DNA of 64,000 nucleotides from Cetorhinus maximus (lineage: Eukaryota), in NCBI RefSeq assembly GCF_964194155.1, contig NC_135897.1, forward strand, positions 84,878,001 to 84,942,000. The letters are read 5' to 3'. Below the pieces are notes generated by a model. It did no database searches, was not told the origin of the DNA, and saw only the letters and a list, made by a program, of their open reading frames with translations. The translations under genes and the position numbers were made by a program. Of the stretch, positions 50,781 through 63,629 are shown in pieces. Position 1 is the stretch's first letter; every line of letters starts with the position of its first letter.

Positions 50781-52394
50781 GCACTATTATTATAATCTAT
50801 AGCTGGCATCACAGGGTAAGTTCACTGATTCCACCCATCTAGTGGAGATACAAGCTTACTGAGAATGTGAGCTGGAGGTGGCAATACAGCCTTATAATGT
50901 AGATTTTCCTACCCACAGCCTCTTTAAATGCAGCTCCCTACTGTGATGTGAGATTGATAGATTTACTGTAACGCTCCCTGGTCCTAGCAACTCAGGAATG
51001 ATCCTGTTCCCCGCTTAGGGGTTACATTTCACACTTGCTGCCCTGGCATAATTTCATTGCAGATTATCACCTATTATGGAACCCTTCCTGATCTTTAAAA
51101 AACTAAAAATCTGACAGTTTTCTATAACAGCAGGTGATCAACAATGGAGGCTTCACACCAGGTGAATGTGAAAATCTGCCCCACATTCTTTTGAACACCA
51201 GAATCTTGTCCTACCCAACTTCTCTTTCCAATCTCAGTCATTGGAATGCATGTCAGCCATAAAGAGCCAGTCAGACTAATCTAGGAAATGGCACAGCTCA
51301 CTGCAAGGTTCACCACTGTGTAGATTTGTGTTTCCTCATTGATCCAGACTATAGCACTAAGGTACATCAACCTTTTATTGCAACTGCAACGTGATGGGCT
51401 GCATCACTCCAATGCGGATATGTACATTGTACGTATTGCTGATAAATCACGTATGCTGAAAAGGCTAATGTAGTAAATAGGAAAAGGTGCCTAATTTTGG
51501 AAAAAAAGTGGCATGTGCACTCATTATTTAGAGCAGTGAAACACAGGCCTCTGAAAATATCCAGCAAGGCACTGACCACCTGTGTTAAATAGGGAGGAAG
51601 GAGAGATCTGATCTCTAGTCTGCGGCAGGACGGATCGATTCTTTACCCAAGACCATAGGAACAGGAATTCGTGCCCTCAAGCCTGTTCCCTAACAGTTTC
51701 CTAAGCTCCTGGTTTTCCTTAATGTAATCGGCTGACCTTTCGCCTCATTCTCTGTAACCAAAGTGATTGGGAATGGGCCACTAAAACGATGAGCCACTGG
51801 ACACTATTTGTTGCTGGATTGCAATGGCTACAGCCCTCGTACTGTCAGTATTAATGGGTGGATCGTGAAGACGTTCTTTTGACTGGGATTTTGATGGTGT
51901 TAAAATAAGCAGATTAGCACTGGTGTTAAAGCAATGGATGGGGGAATGCCAGACAAACTTATCCGCTAAAATAATCAGCCATAAACTCTACACTACCGCG
52001 GCAAAAGTTCTCTCTCCTAGCAATGAAACCAGTGCCTCCTTCACTATTAACGATGGAGAAAGACATAATTGCATTTTGAGTGCAATTTAATTACCAAGGG
52101 TTGAAATCCATGCCAGATACAGTCCAATGCAAACCAAACATCAAACGTTTTCAGCAGCAATGTTATATAAATCAAAATAACTTGTGATCCAAAGAATAAC
52201 AACACTCTAAAAATGCACAACTTGATATCCTTTATGTCTAACCGAGCCATTGATGGTCGTGTTTGTTTTTCAAATCACATTTTCCCGACAGTAATCTAAA
52301 TTTCAAATATGTGAATGACTGACTATGTGCTTTCCTCTCAGAGTTCTGGTTTTCACTTTCATCCTGAATTGTCACTCAGCAGCAGACGCTTGAT

Positions 52395-53345
52395 GTCAGC
52401 CATGGATCTGTAGGTAGCGCTCTCGCCTCTGAGTCAGTAGGTCAGGGATACATCGTTCCACTCCAGGGTCTCACAGAATCATAGAATGGTTACAGCACGG
52501 ATTGAGGCTATTTGGCCTATTGAGTCCTCGCCAGTTCTCTGCAACGTCAGTTTAGCTAGCCCCACTAACAACCCCGTGCTTTCCCTGTAATCCTGCACAT
52601 TTCTTTTTCCCTTAGATGCTCCTCCAATTCCCTGTTGAACGCTACAACTGAATCTGTCTCCACCACATTCTCAGGCAGTGCATTCCAGATCCTAACCACT
52701 TGCTGCTTAAAAAGATGTTTTCTCATGTCACCTTTGGTTCCACTCACCTTAAATTTATGTCCTCTGTACCAAAGGGACCAGTTTCATTCTGTGTACTCTG
52801 TTTAGGCCCATCATGATTTTGAATACCTTTATTAAATCTCCTCTCAGCCTTCTCTGCTCTAAAGAGAACTACTTCAGCTTCCCCAATCTATCCTCATAAC
52901 TGAAGTCACTGCACCCTCTCTAAAGCTTTCACATCCATCTTAAGATGTGATGCCCAGAATTGGATCTAATACTCCAGTTCAGAATACTCCAATTGAGGAT
53001 GTAACCTAGCCAGACACTTCAGTGCAGTGCTGCACTGTTGGAGGTGCCAACTTTCAGATTAGATGTTAAACAGAGGCCCTGTGTCTGCCCTCCCATGTGA
53101 GTATAAAAGATCCCATGGCACTATTTCAGAGAAAAGAAGGGGAGTCCTCTGATGTTGTGGCCAATATTTACCCCTCAACCAGCTAAAACAGCTGATTGGG
53201 TTATTATCTCATTGTTGTTTATGGGACCTTGCTGTGCGTAAGTTGGTTGTCATGTTTCCCAACATTACAACTGTGACAACACTTCAAAAAGTACTTCAAC
53301 TGGCTGTAAAGTGCATTGGAACATCTTGAGATTGTGAAAGTTGTT
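52395..53345 (+). mobile_element. DeuSINE interrupted by a minus-strand CR1 (about 52474-52990)
   Basis: Head at 52395-52470, core and tail at 53010-53345; CR1 VVRIWNALPE motif and tail lie between. Confidence 0.8.
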
Positions 53346-53864
53346 CCTTCTCCTGTCTCTGGCTTGCAAAATGCTGACCAACATTGTTGTAAGTGTAAAA
53401 AAATTGTGTGGGGCCTAGTAAGAGCAACAAGGAAGGATTAACTTTACTTAGCAGAGGAGTCGATAACTGGGGGCACAGATTTAAATACACTCACAGAACG
53501 ATTTGAGGGGGGGGCGGTGGGGTGCGGGGGAGTTGATAATTTTTATGGTAGGAGTCTGGAATCCACTGGCTGAAAGGGTGGTAGAGGCCAAAATCCTCAT
53601 GGCATTTAAAAAATACTTGGATATGTGTTTGAAGTGCAATAACCTACGGAGCTACGCACCTTGGCTGGAAAGTGGGGTTAGGTTGGATAGCTCTTTTTCA
53701 GGTGGCACAGCCATGATGGGCCGAATGACCACCCATGTCACAAATTTCTACAATGCGGATTACAGAAGGAAACGTCACCACATTCCACCTTTAGACATCC
53801 TGTTTCCTTACTGTATCTGAATACTTCTTCGCCCAAACGTTTGGGTGGACAGAGAAGAGTAAGA

Positions 53865-55150
53865 GCTTGCGTTTATATAAAGTTTCCTTTTGTATCCTCA
53901 GGATGTCCTCAAGCTCATCACAGGCAATGAATGAATTATCTTTGAAGTGTAGTTGGTGTTTATTTGTATGCAAATACAACAACCAAATTTGTGCACAACG
54001 AGGTGTCAAACAGTAATGAAGTGAATAACCAGTTTTTGCTGCTGTTGCTTGAGGGGTAACTGCTGGCCATGGGACTGGAAGAACTCTTCTTGCTCTTCTT
54101 CAGGCCGGGATTTTCTGACCCCGTTGTGGCAGGACCCGCCGTGGGAGATTCGGCGGCCCAGACAAAAGTCCATTGGCTTTTAGTGGGACCAGACGATCTG
54201 TAGGTGACCACTGAAAGTTTGTGAACTATACATGACAAGGCTAAAAGCATTTGGAGAGGGTCATACCCAGATTTAAGAAAAAGAAGCCTCTGAAGGTAAT
54301 AAAATGAACTGGCTGAGTAGACTTAACGTACAGTGAAGTGAGATGGGAAATGGGGAAGTAAGCATATTGGAGTCCAGAGGTCCGGAAGGCGAAGGAGTGA
54401 AGGGCTGCTAAATATGCATTAACAATGTAATCGGGACTAGTTGCTTGGAGACACGAAAGGCCCACGAGATGAGATAATGTCTACTTATCTTCCTGAGAGA
54501 CAATGGATAAGGGAACAAGCTGCCCTGTGCAGTCGAAACTGAGAGATGAGATCCTTGAAAAACAAGCAGATGTTTGGACTGGTGAAAAGTCAGCCCACTG
54601 TGGTGGACGAGGCACATTTGTGATGCCTGCCAGTGGTCAACAGACCAATCATCAAGAACTGGACACTGGGGTTGACCTATCGAAGCCTAATCATGCAGGA
54701 TGCATGTGGAGAACGGAATATAAGAGAAGGTGTCCCAAAGATGATAAGCTAGATAGCTCGGGAATGAAATAGTCTGATCAACTATATGGAGATCAGAATG
54801 AGGAGGACTGAACATCCCCTCCGATCTCATTCTCGGACCTTCCAAGCAACCAGCAACCCGACCCACATGGAAATGTGAATATATAATTGCGTTAGAGTCA
54901 TGAAGCACTAAATAAACTTGCTTGATGTGGACAAACTTATTAGGTTTGAGTTGTTGATACCTACAGTACACCTACGAACCAGGGGTAGGAACAGCCTGCA
55001 GATCCCAGTGGATGGGGTGGAAAATCCCACCTGATATTTTATTTCTATTTGTGCAAGTACCTGGAACCTCAGTTCAATGCCTAATCCAAAAGATCACACC
55101 AACATTGCAATAGTGCACTCAAGTGTGAATTTAGATTAAATGTTCAAGTC
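53865..55150 (-). mobile_element. DeuSINE interrupted by a mini-MITE (54103-55031)
   Basis: SINE tail 53865-54100 on the minus strand, remainder after 55050; mini-MITE ends ggccgggatttt / aaaatcccacc. Confidence 0.7.
54199..55000 (+). mobile_element. Solo LTR (802 bp) with exact 4-bp TSD
   Basis: Termini tgtagg...cctgca; TSD gatc at 54195-54198 and 55001-55004; TATA-like near 54880 and aataaa at 54911. Confidence 0.9.
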
Positions 55151-55327
55151 TCTGCATTGATGCTTGAATTTTTTATCATTGCTTTGGGTCTTAGTTGAGG
55201 TTGACCTTGGTCAGTATTGATAAAGACTATTGGAGGATAAGCTCTTGGTAAACTTTACCTTTTATTAAACATTCTACATATATGCAGTACAAGACTTAGC
55301 ACAAGGTTTCACATGGGACTACCCCTC

Positions 55328-55795
55328 AGCACAAAAATAGAAAATGTTGGAAAAATTCAGCAGGTCTAGCAGCATCTGTGGAGAGAGAAACAGATTTAAT
55401 GTTACAAGTCCATATGACTCTTCTTCAGAGCTAAAGAGAAGTAGAAATGTGATGGATTCTGGAAATGTGCTATTAACACATTGTGCCACTATCCTTTGTC
55501 TTTAACACTACCGTTAATACTCTCTTTGTCCTGCATCCATAACATCTTTGTCAAATTTCTCCTTAGCTCCCACCTATTCCTGACCTTTTATTTTGCTCCA
55601 CCCCCTCTTAAACAGTATATAATCCATCACATTTCCACTTCTCTATTTGTTCTTCTTTTTAGCTCCGAAGAAGAGTCATATGGACTTGAAACATTCACCC
55701 TGTTTCTCTATCCACAGATGCTGCCAGACCTGCTGAGCTTTTCCAGCATGTTCTGTTTTTATTTCAGATTTCTCGTATCCCCAGCATTTTGCTCT
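55328..55795. mobile_element. Inverted pair of Penelope pLTRs, each with a hammerhead remnant
   Basis: Minus copy (tcttcag 55422-55428) and plus copy (ccgaaga 55665-55671, gaaa 55688-55691) share agagtcatatggactt. Confidence 0.85.
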
Positions 55796-57600
55796 GATCC
55801 CTCAGCATACTCTGTTGCCATGCGATTTTGCATCACTGGTGATTGTAGACTATCTATTTACACATTTAACATTAACCGTTTGTACCACATCTCCACCCCC
55901 CACCAAGTCTCTGACTCCAGGTACATTACCCTACAGGATCCATGGGTTTCTAACTCAGAAGTGAGAGCTCTACCACAGCGCCAAAGTGCATCAAATGTAA
56001 TGCATCTCCAGAGATACTACTGGGTTTGTATAATTCCTAACATAACTTTTGCAAATAAAGAACTAAACATAATTGAAAGGGGTCAACATGGTTGGGCAAT
56101 TGATGATCTTTTTATGAGGAGCATTGGAAAGGCAGGCTTGGGACAGTGTTCATCACCATCTGCATCTCTACGGCATCAACTGTTCAACTGAAAAGTCACC
56201 AATATCGTAGCGGCCTACATGATTGGATCAACAATCTGTGGCTTGCAGCCAGTGCTGCTCAATGCAAAAACGCGTGCTCTCCTTATTTCAGGAGATAGGA
56301 GCTGATGGGTCAATGCCCGATTGCCTCGCAGCAGGTGTCGGGGTGACATTGACTGCTGCTGACAAAACGCACAGGCATGTTTCACAAATGCAGAAGAAAT
56401 CCCTGAAAAAGAGTAATTGGACCACTGTAGTGATCTAATCGTGATGTTTAAGATGATCAAAGGAATTATTTTTGCCATTTAAGGACCCCATTTGGCACAA
56501 GGGTGGGTGGGCCACCCGGAACCTGCCCCACTGCTGGTAAAATCTAAGCGGAGGCAAGGAGCTGACAGGCATGGTGCCCCCACCGCCTCCCCCACCCCCG
56601 CCCCCCCCCAACCCCCTCCCACACCCCCGCCCATCCCCCACCACACCCCATCACCCCCTCGTACTTCATTTAAGAAAGCAATATAATCATTTAATTTGAA
56701 TATACAATGTGGAAATCTTTCGGGCAGTGAGTACCCCTGCTAAGCAGTGGTGGTTTCTTCAGTGCAGTTCATCCGAAATTGGTCGAACCAGTGCCAAAGA
56801 TCAAGGAGTTTCGATCGCAGATTAATTCCAGCTCAAGTTGAGTTTCCGTGATCCTCTGCATTAGTTTAAATATCATCAGGCTGTATAAGCTTGGCTCGGA
56901 CTCGAAACTGGCTAGCCCTCCGCAGTGAGTGAATTACCATGGCGGGTTTCCGCTCATTGTGCCCATCTGAGGGTCTTCAAGAAGGTTCTTAAAATGAAGC
57001 TTTTTTTTTTAGGGGCAAGGACACTAATAGGCACATTTTAAAAATATAGTTTACTAAGAAACCACTCTACACCATTAAACTAGTAAATGGTTCTGAGATT
57101 TTCAAACTCAGGGCAGAATTTTCCCGTTGGCGTGCGGGGGAGGGACCCACACGCCGACGCGTAAAATGATGCGCGGTGGCGTTGGGCGAGTGTCTGATGT
57201 CACCGCGCGCCATCGCGGTATTTCGTTGGGCGGGCCCGCGCTGATATCCGATGCGCGCCCACCATTAATTAACAGGCCACCTAAGGCCCTTGAGGTGCCA
57301 ATCGATTTTTTGGCACCAGTACAATATTTGGGTTGTCACATGGGTGCAACAGGCAGGCAGGTAGGAGACATTTATATAAACCTCATCCACGGGCGGGATA
57401 AGAGGGCTCAGTGGGGTCGCGAATGTGCTCTGTCAAATATTTAATTTGCAAAGTTACTGATACTTGCCTGTGTGATCTGCAATACTTCAAAACGTTTAGC
57501 AGCTGCTTGGACTGGACTCACAACCTTCAGGTCCGCACTCTGCAATGAAGAATCTTTTTTTGGGCCTGCAGGTTTCAGGAAGCCTTCCCTTGGCCTGGGA

Positions 57601-58808
57601 ATGGGAGCTGAACTCTCCACTGGAGGCACCTCCTCTGAGGAGGAAGAGAGAGCTAGAATGGGGAGGAGGCCAGGAGTGCACATTCAGCCTCCAGGGGAGC
57701 CACCTTTGGGAGGAGAGGCGCAGCCACAAGGGATGCAGGGCCAAGAGGTAGTCCAAGGCGGAAGGGGCCACAGAAGACGCCACTATCCTGCTGCCAGGGT
57801 TTACAGGCGGTGAAGCAGCTACCTCAATATGTCTGAGGTGCAGTGCTGAGGAGGCTCCGTCTCTCAAGGGAGACAGTCAACTATATCTGTCAGATGATTG
57901 GGCCTGAGATCTCCACTAACTGTGTGGGTGGACACCCCATGCCAGTGGCTCTGAATGTCACAGCTGCCCTCAACTTCAATGCTTCTGGCTCCTTCCATGG
58001 GTCGGTGAGTGATCTTTGCGGTGTCTCCCAATCAGCTGTCCACACTTGTGTCAAGCAGGTTACAGACACTCTGTTCAGAGGTGCATTGACCTTCATCCAC
58101 TGCCGTTGGGACCAGGCAAGCCAGACACAGTGAGCCAGAGGCTTCGTGGCCATTGCTGGACTCCCCTGTGTCCAGGGTGCTATAGACTGTACACATGTGG
58201 CCATCAAGGTGCCAGTGGGTGAGCCCGGTGCCTTCGTCAACAGGAAGGGCTTCCACTCCATGAACATCCAGATAGTGTGTGATCACAGGATGCAGATTCT
58301 ACAAGTCTGTGCAAGGTACCCAGGCAGCTCCCACAACGCCTACATCCTCAGACACTCCCAGGTGCTGGGGCTCTTCAGTGCTCCAGCCCGGCTGGATGGA
58401 TGGCCGCTGGATGACAAGGGCTATGCCCTCAGAAGTGGCTCATGACGCCTCTCCGCCCTCCAGGAACAGAAGCTGAGCAGCGGTATAATACACCTCCACA
58501 AGGGCTGTGGTGGAGAGAGCCATTGGGCTTCTCAAAATGCGCTGGACTGATCAGGGGGCGCACTCCAGTACCCCCCAGATCATGTGTCACTGATAGTGGT
58601 TTCATGCTGCGCTCTCCACAATCTTGCGCTGGAAATGGGGGACGAAGAAGATGTAGATGCAATGGCTCCGGCTGCACCCGATGAGTCCAGCAGTGAGTCC
58701 GAGGATGAGCACGCACAGGGAAATGCTGAGGGGGTAGAAGCTGACCCGGGCATATTCCAGGGAGCCAGGGACACCCGGGAGGCTTTAATCCAATGAACCT
58801 TCAGCTCG
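57601..58808 (+). pseudogene. Harbinger DDE transposase (HARBI1-like)
   Basis: HTH region ALNFNASGSF...GVSQSAVH; GAIDCTHV, FVNRKGFHSMNIQIVCD, YPGSSHNAYIL, DKGY, MTP, VERAIGLLKMR, CCALHNL; stops at 57811, 58131, 58794 and frameshifts near 57848, 58435 and about 58490; aataaa at 58914. Confidence 0.95.
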
Positions 58809-59135
58809 CACACCACAGATGGACCTCCAGGACAAGCCTGGGCTGCAGGCTCCATACTCGATACCTGAGTGCAAAATCTGCCTGGATAGGAACATTAACT
58901 AAGGGCCTTGTCAATAAAGTTGAATGTCCCACAAATCACTCATAACATTATTGGTAACAATCCACCTGCAGAAGGAAAAAGAGGCACACTCAGCCATGGT
59001 CACATGTCTGAATTTAATGGGATAACAAAAGGAACTTAAGAGAACAAAATGACAAAGGTGTTCAACATCACACCAACTAATCATGACTTCATTGCGGGCC
59101 AACACAAAAGCACCAGTGATAAACCCGTGGTGTGC

Positions 59136-61324
59136 CTAAGGTGCTTTATGTTTACATTTTCGGGCGCTACGTCTTGGTGCTGCCCTCTCACTGGGACTAG
59201 CATCTGAGACAGCCTGCTCACTCTGCTGTCCTGTTGGCCTCAATGACTTTGGCGGACGTCCTTTGGCCCGTGGAGCCTGTGCTGGCCATGCCAGGTGGGG
59301 GAGCGGCCAGTTCCACAGCTGGTATCTCCCCAGTCATCGCAGCATTGGATGCAATGGTCACTGGCAGAGGGGTGGAGGAGCTCCTTATCTGGAGCGCCCT
59401 GGGAGGAGCCCGCAGAGATGACAGGCAGCTACTGCGCCGACGTGAGGTCACTTCGGACCTCCCTGCTCACCGTGGATGGATGGGCACCGAGCTGGGAAAC
59501 TTGGTGCCCAGACCATCTCCCACACTGGCACTGACCAGCTGAGGTCAATGCCGATGTGAGGGCTTGCTGGTCCGAGCACATCCCCAGGAAGCCCTGATGG
59601 GTCTCCTGGAGGAGCCTCTCCACGAGAGTCGCCACTCTCTCCATGGAGGATGCATGGCGCTCGGACATGAGGCTCATTGCTTTGACGATCGTCCACGTAG
59701 ACTCCTCCACCTCAGAGACCAAGCCAAGCATAGCCTCATGTACCTCCGCCAGATGCTCTCGCACACCCGGCCGCATTTCCTGCGTTTGCTGTGTTGCGGA
59801 CGACTCCAGAGGCGCATCATCAGGCGCCGACTGAGCATGTGCCTGGTCCCCTACAGTCCTCCGATTGCTGGTGCCATGGGCACTCTTTGTCTCTGCCAGC
59901 TCCTCCAGCGACTGTGAAGTGCCCTCACCGCTATGCCCCAGGACACTAGCCGATGATCTAATTCCCACCTAGGTGCTAGTATCTGCGCTGGTGCCTGCCT
60001 GGCAGAGATGGTGTTACACTGGTGAGTCTGAGACTTCAGGGCCCTCAGGTGTGAGAGGGGGGCCTCTGCTGCTCCGCTGATGCTGAGAGGAAGAACAAGG
60101 ACATTGGATCAGTTAACATGGAGACAATGACAATGTGCATCCCTGTCCCCCGGATCTTATGCGATCATCCTTCCATAAGCAATGGTCAAGCCATGTCGCA
60201 AACTTCAATCACTGAACATTCAGCCCTGCCATGGCTGCTGGGGGAACAATGGTGACCTCACTGCTGGGCAAACACACCTGTCCATGGCACCCCAGCCTCA
60301 CCGACACCAGTGGACCTGGGCGCATGGCCAGATCTAGGACCTCCTGCTTGAACTGGCTAAGCATTGCCAACTGGGCCAGCCCTCCGCTAGTCCTCACCCG
60401 CTCGGCTGCATCATGTATATTCTTCTTCTGAAAAGGACAGAAGAGCATTGATTAGTGCTACTTGTACCTGGATTCTCTTTGTGGATGGCCCACCCCAACC
60501 AGAGTGGGACATTGCAGGGCTCCAGTGTCTCCTCACCCCGCTGCTGCCGAACACACACAAAGACACCAGGCCTGTTCCCCTCCCTCCCCCACGGCCAAAT
60601 GCTGCCTACATCACATTCGGCACCACACAGTCTAACATTCCATAGCCAGGAGGCGCAAGCACGTGGAGCGCAGAGGGCAGCAGATCGATCGGTGCCACGC
60701 CACCTTGAAGCTCTCCTCCCAGTATGTCATCACCCTGACTTTGACATGTCCTGGAGTTCCAGCACTGCACCTAGGTATAGATCCTCCAGGTTGCCCCCAA
60801 AACAGTAATGTGGGCCTCAGTGTATCACATGCTGCAGGTGCAGAGCCCATCTCTTCACCACCCTCTCAGGGTGACCTCGGGCATGGGCAATATCTGCTGG
60901 CCCACCCAGCGAAGGACACATGTCGACAATGATTCAATGCAGTCACTACACTCAGACTTGATGGGCGTGGGAGGGGGGCACCAGAGGGGAAAGCCTATCT
61001 GCTGGGTTAAGTGACAAGTGCCAACATGGTGCTCACCCTTCCCGAGCGCAGCAGGTCGTTGAAATGCTTGTGACACTGGATCCAGGTGCATCGCACCACA
61101 TCGCGGGAGCTCACCACCTCCGCCACCTCCTCCCAGGCACGTTTGGCCATGTGGGGGGAGGGGCCTCCTCCTCCCGTCTTGGAGTACGAGGACCTCCTGC
61201 CGTGCTCCATCTCCTCAAAGAGGGCAGCAAGGCAATCATTGGAAAAACGAGGGGCACAGTGCCCCCCTGCCCTACCCTCCTGCCTGGCCTGCTCACCAGC
61301 AGCAGCTCTGGGAAGCCCTTCCAC
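59136..61324 (-). pseudogene. Harbinger Myb/SANT-like protein, 3 exons: about 61324-61037, 60427-60278, 60082-59136
   Basis: APRFSNDCLAAL...AWEEVAEVVSS...RCTWIQCHKHFNDL, GTgagc donor; ttttcAG acceptor then KKNIHDAAERVRTSGG; ttcctctcAG acceptor; basic C-terminus PRRSARKCKHKAP then stop; start codon decayed. Confidence 0.87.
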
Positions 61325-62069
61325 TGGCCGTGATTTGCGGCCTTTGAAAGGCTGCAGCAGCTTTTTAAAACAGGCCGCCCGGGTCACCATTGGACCCGAC
61401 AGTCACTGCAGTCCCACCGCCACCCGCCCACTCCCACTGTCCTCGGGAGCCGCGATTCACACTGGGTGGGCCTTAATTGGCCCACCCGCGTATAATGGCA
61501 GCACGGACCCGATCGTGGGCAGCGATTGAGTTCTCACACACCCGCGCCCGCTCCCACCAGCCAGAAAACTCTGCCTTCAGTTTCAGTTATTTAAAACCAG
61601 GTTACTCACAGGGGCTGGGCTAGACACTGATTAATAATGATTATTTTTTGGCGATAAACCCATCTTCAGCTCTATTAATTAAACTGTACCAGCTTACAAA
61701 TACATCAAAGAGCACTTGTTAATGCAAATTTAAAAAGAAGTTCTGAAAGTGCTGCTCGATTGCGCTGGTTCACGGACGATTTTACGTTGCCCGATTTGCA
61801 AATGAGCTTGAGTGAAAAACCGGGGCAAATAAAATCACTTCTGAAAACTTGTACAACGATTCGTGCGATTTGCGTTCGGACTGCTGATTGCAAAGGGATG
61901 TTTCGTTTCTGTGCATGAGGCTTCGCACCAAAATTTATAGCCATAGTTTTACACACTGTGTTTTTATCTCCCGTGGAGTCTTTCAGCCTCAACGAAACCC
62001 AATCTGCCAAGTCCAACATTCCTTCATACCAATCTTTACATTGCAGGTCGATTTCTCAGACCAGTATGA

Positions 62070-62250
62070 CTAAAACAAATTGTCTGGTCATTGTGACATA
62101 GCTGCTAATGAGACCTTTCCCCCTGCAATTTGGCTGCCACGTTTCTCATTGCAGCAACAACCGCATTTCAAGAGCAAATTTTGTTGCAGAGCACTTTGGG
62201 GTGTCCTGAGATCCTGAAAAGTGTTGTGAAAATTAGTTGTCCGTTTTTCT
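62070..62250 (+). mobile_element. DeuSINE 3' fragment
   Basis: tctggtcatt...ttggctgccacgtttc...gcactttggggtgtcctgag. Confidence 0.7.
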
Positions 62251-62626
62251 TCAGTGCATGACTTGTGTCACAGGCTTGTACAGCTTTAAAAGTGGAAAGG
62301 GGATTCATTTTTCTAGCACCTCACGCATGGCACAGATAGGTCCTGCTGTTGGAATTGTAAAGCCTTGTCATTTTAGGCACTTCCTGGGGTCATTAATGGG
62401 TTGCCAAAGCTTGTGTGTACCTGTTGAAAGAATTAAGTGATCACCACAGCCAGGCTTGCAATGAGAGCACAGGTGGCGATACTACCGGGGTCAAAGGTTG
62501 AGGAAACATGTATCTCCTTCTGCTTCCTGTTTTCAAATATCCCAGACAGTCGAGTTTAAACTCAGCTGCTGCGCCACATCAAAGCATGAAGCCCTGCTGC
62601 CCTACAGACATCTTTCTGAGCTTAAA

Positions 62627-62941
62627 GGGCACGATTTTCCCTGCGGGCTTTCGAACCTTATGTCCGGTTGAAATTTGCAGCCTGCCCCAATGTTTTTGCA
62701 GGAGGCCAATTCAACCGTCTCGAGGAAGCCTCCATTAATCGGCCTTAAGTTGTTAACCACCTGGATTGGCTACCTGCAGCACAGGGATGGGTATCCCTGC
62801 AGTTCTCGCCCCCATCCCGCGCCTGGAAGAATGACCTGGGTGTGGGACGGAGCTGGGGAACCAGCATGCCAGCCGACGGGGCTGTTTTTAGCTCCCGTCC
62901 TCCTCCAATGCTGGCCTGGGCTGGGCCGAAAAATCAAGCTT
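62627..62941. mobile_element. Short older Harbinger-type MITE
   Basis: Ends gggcacgattttc / aaaaatcaagct; ttaatcggccttaa motif. Confidence 0.55.
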
Positions 62942-63629
62942 TAGGATAAAATGTGGCAGAGGAAAGGTCTAGCTGGAAGTGACTCCTTGGATGCTTGAAG
63001 GATATCGGGGTGGAGTTTCCGCTTTGGGTGAAATTGGGAAATTGTGCACTTGAAGTTGCTTTGATTTGGCTGCAGTTTAAGTTTCCTTTAATATTGATTT
63101 GCAGAGTTGCAAGCGTAGAGGTGTCAATGAACCAACGTAGTCGGGCAGCATAAGAAAATGCAGACCTTGTTTAACGCTTAAACTGGATCTCGGCAACATT
63201 TACAGAGAAGCCATTGCAATGGAGTGGGTGAAGCTCCCAGGAAAACCCCAGCCCTCATGTTCAATATTGTAACAAAGCAAAGAGTTAGAATTCTATTATC
63301 CACGCCACTAGATTGCTTATTTCGGAGGCAGAAGAGCTGCAACTGAGTCGCGATTTTTGCAGACGGTTCCCCGCCTGAAAATTTCTTTAAATCCTGTTGC
63401 GCTGGCCGAGATCATTTCTCTGTTCCGTGTTCGATCTGTTCACGTGAACCCTTCTCTAATGCAATGGCTTCCTTCTTTTATCTGGTAACCTGTTTACAGG
63501 GTCAAGTAGGGGATTGGCCCCCTGTGCTTGGTAATTGGTTCTGCTAACCCCGTGGAGCAGGAAATGTAGCCGTACCTTTTGAAATAAGAAATCTTATGCA
63601 TTAAGATCATTGAATCCTAAGGCAGTAAC

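Larger units (their letters stand above)
57111..61576 (+). mobile_element. PIF/Harbinger element 2, full-length autonomous-type (4466 bp), decayed
   Basis: TIRs gggcagaatttt / aaaactctgcct; TSD tca at 57108-57110 and 61577-61579; convergent transposase and Myb-like genes. Confidence 0.95.

Noticed and set aside
55481-56191. 236-aa ORF, the longest non-Gypsy ORF
   Set aside because: Runs through a non-coding Penelope pLTR and a SINE head; no recognisable domain.
57601-58808. Host HARBI1 gene
   Set aside because: Flanked by TIRs and TSD, paired with a Myb gene, and disrupted by stops and frameshifts; it is a transposon copy.
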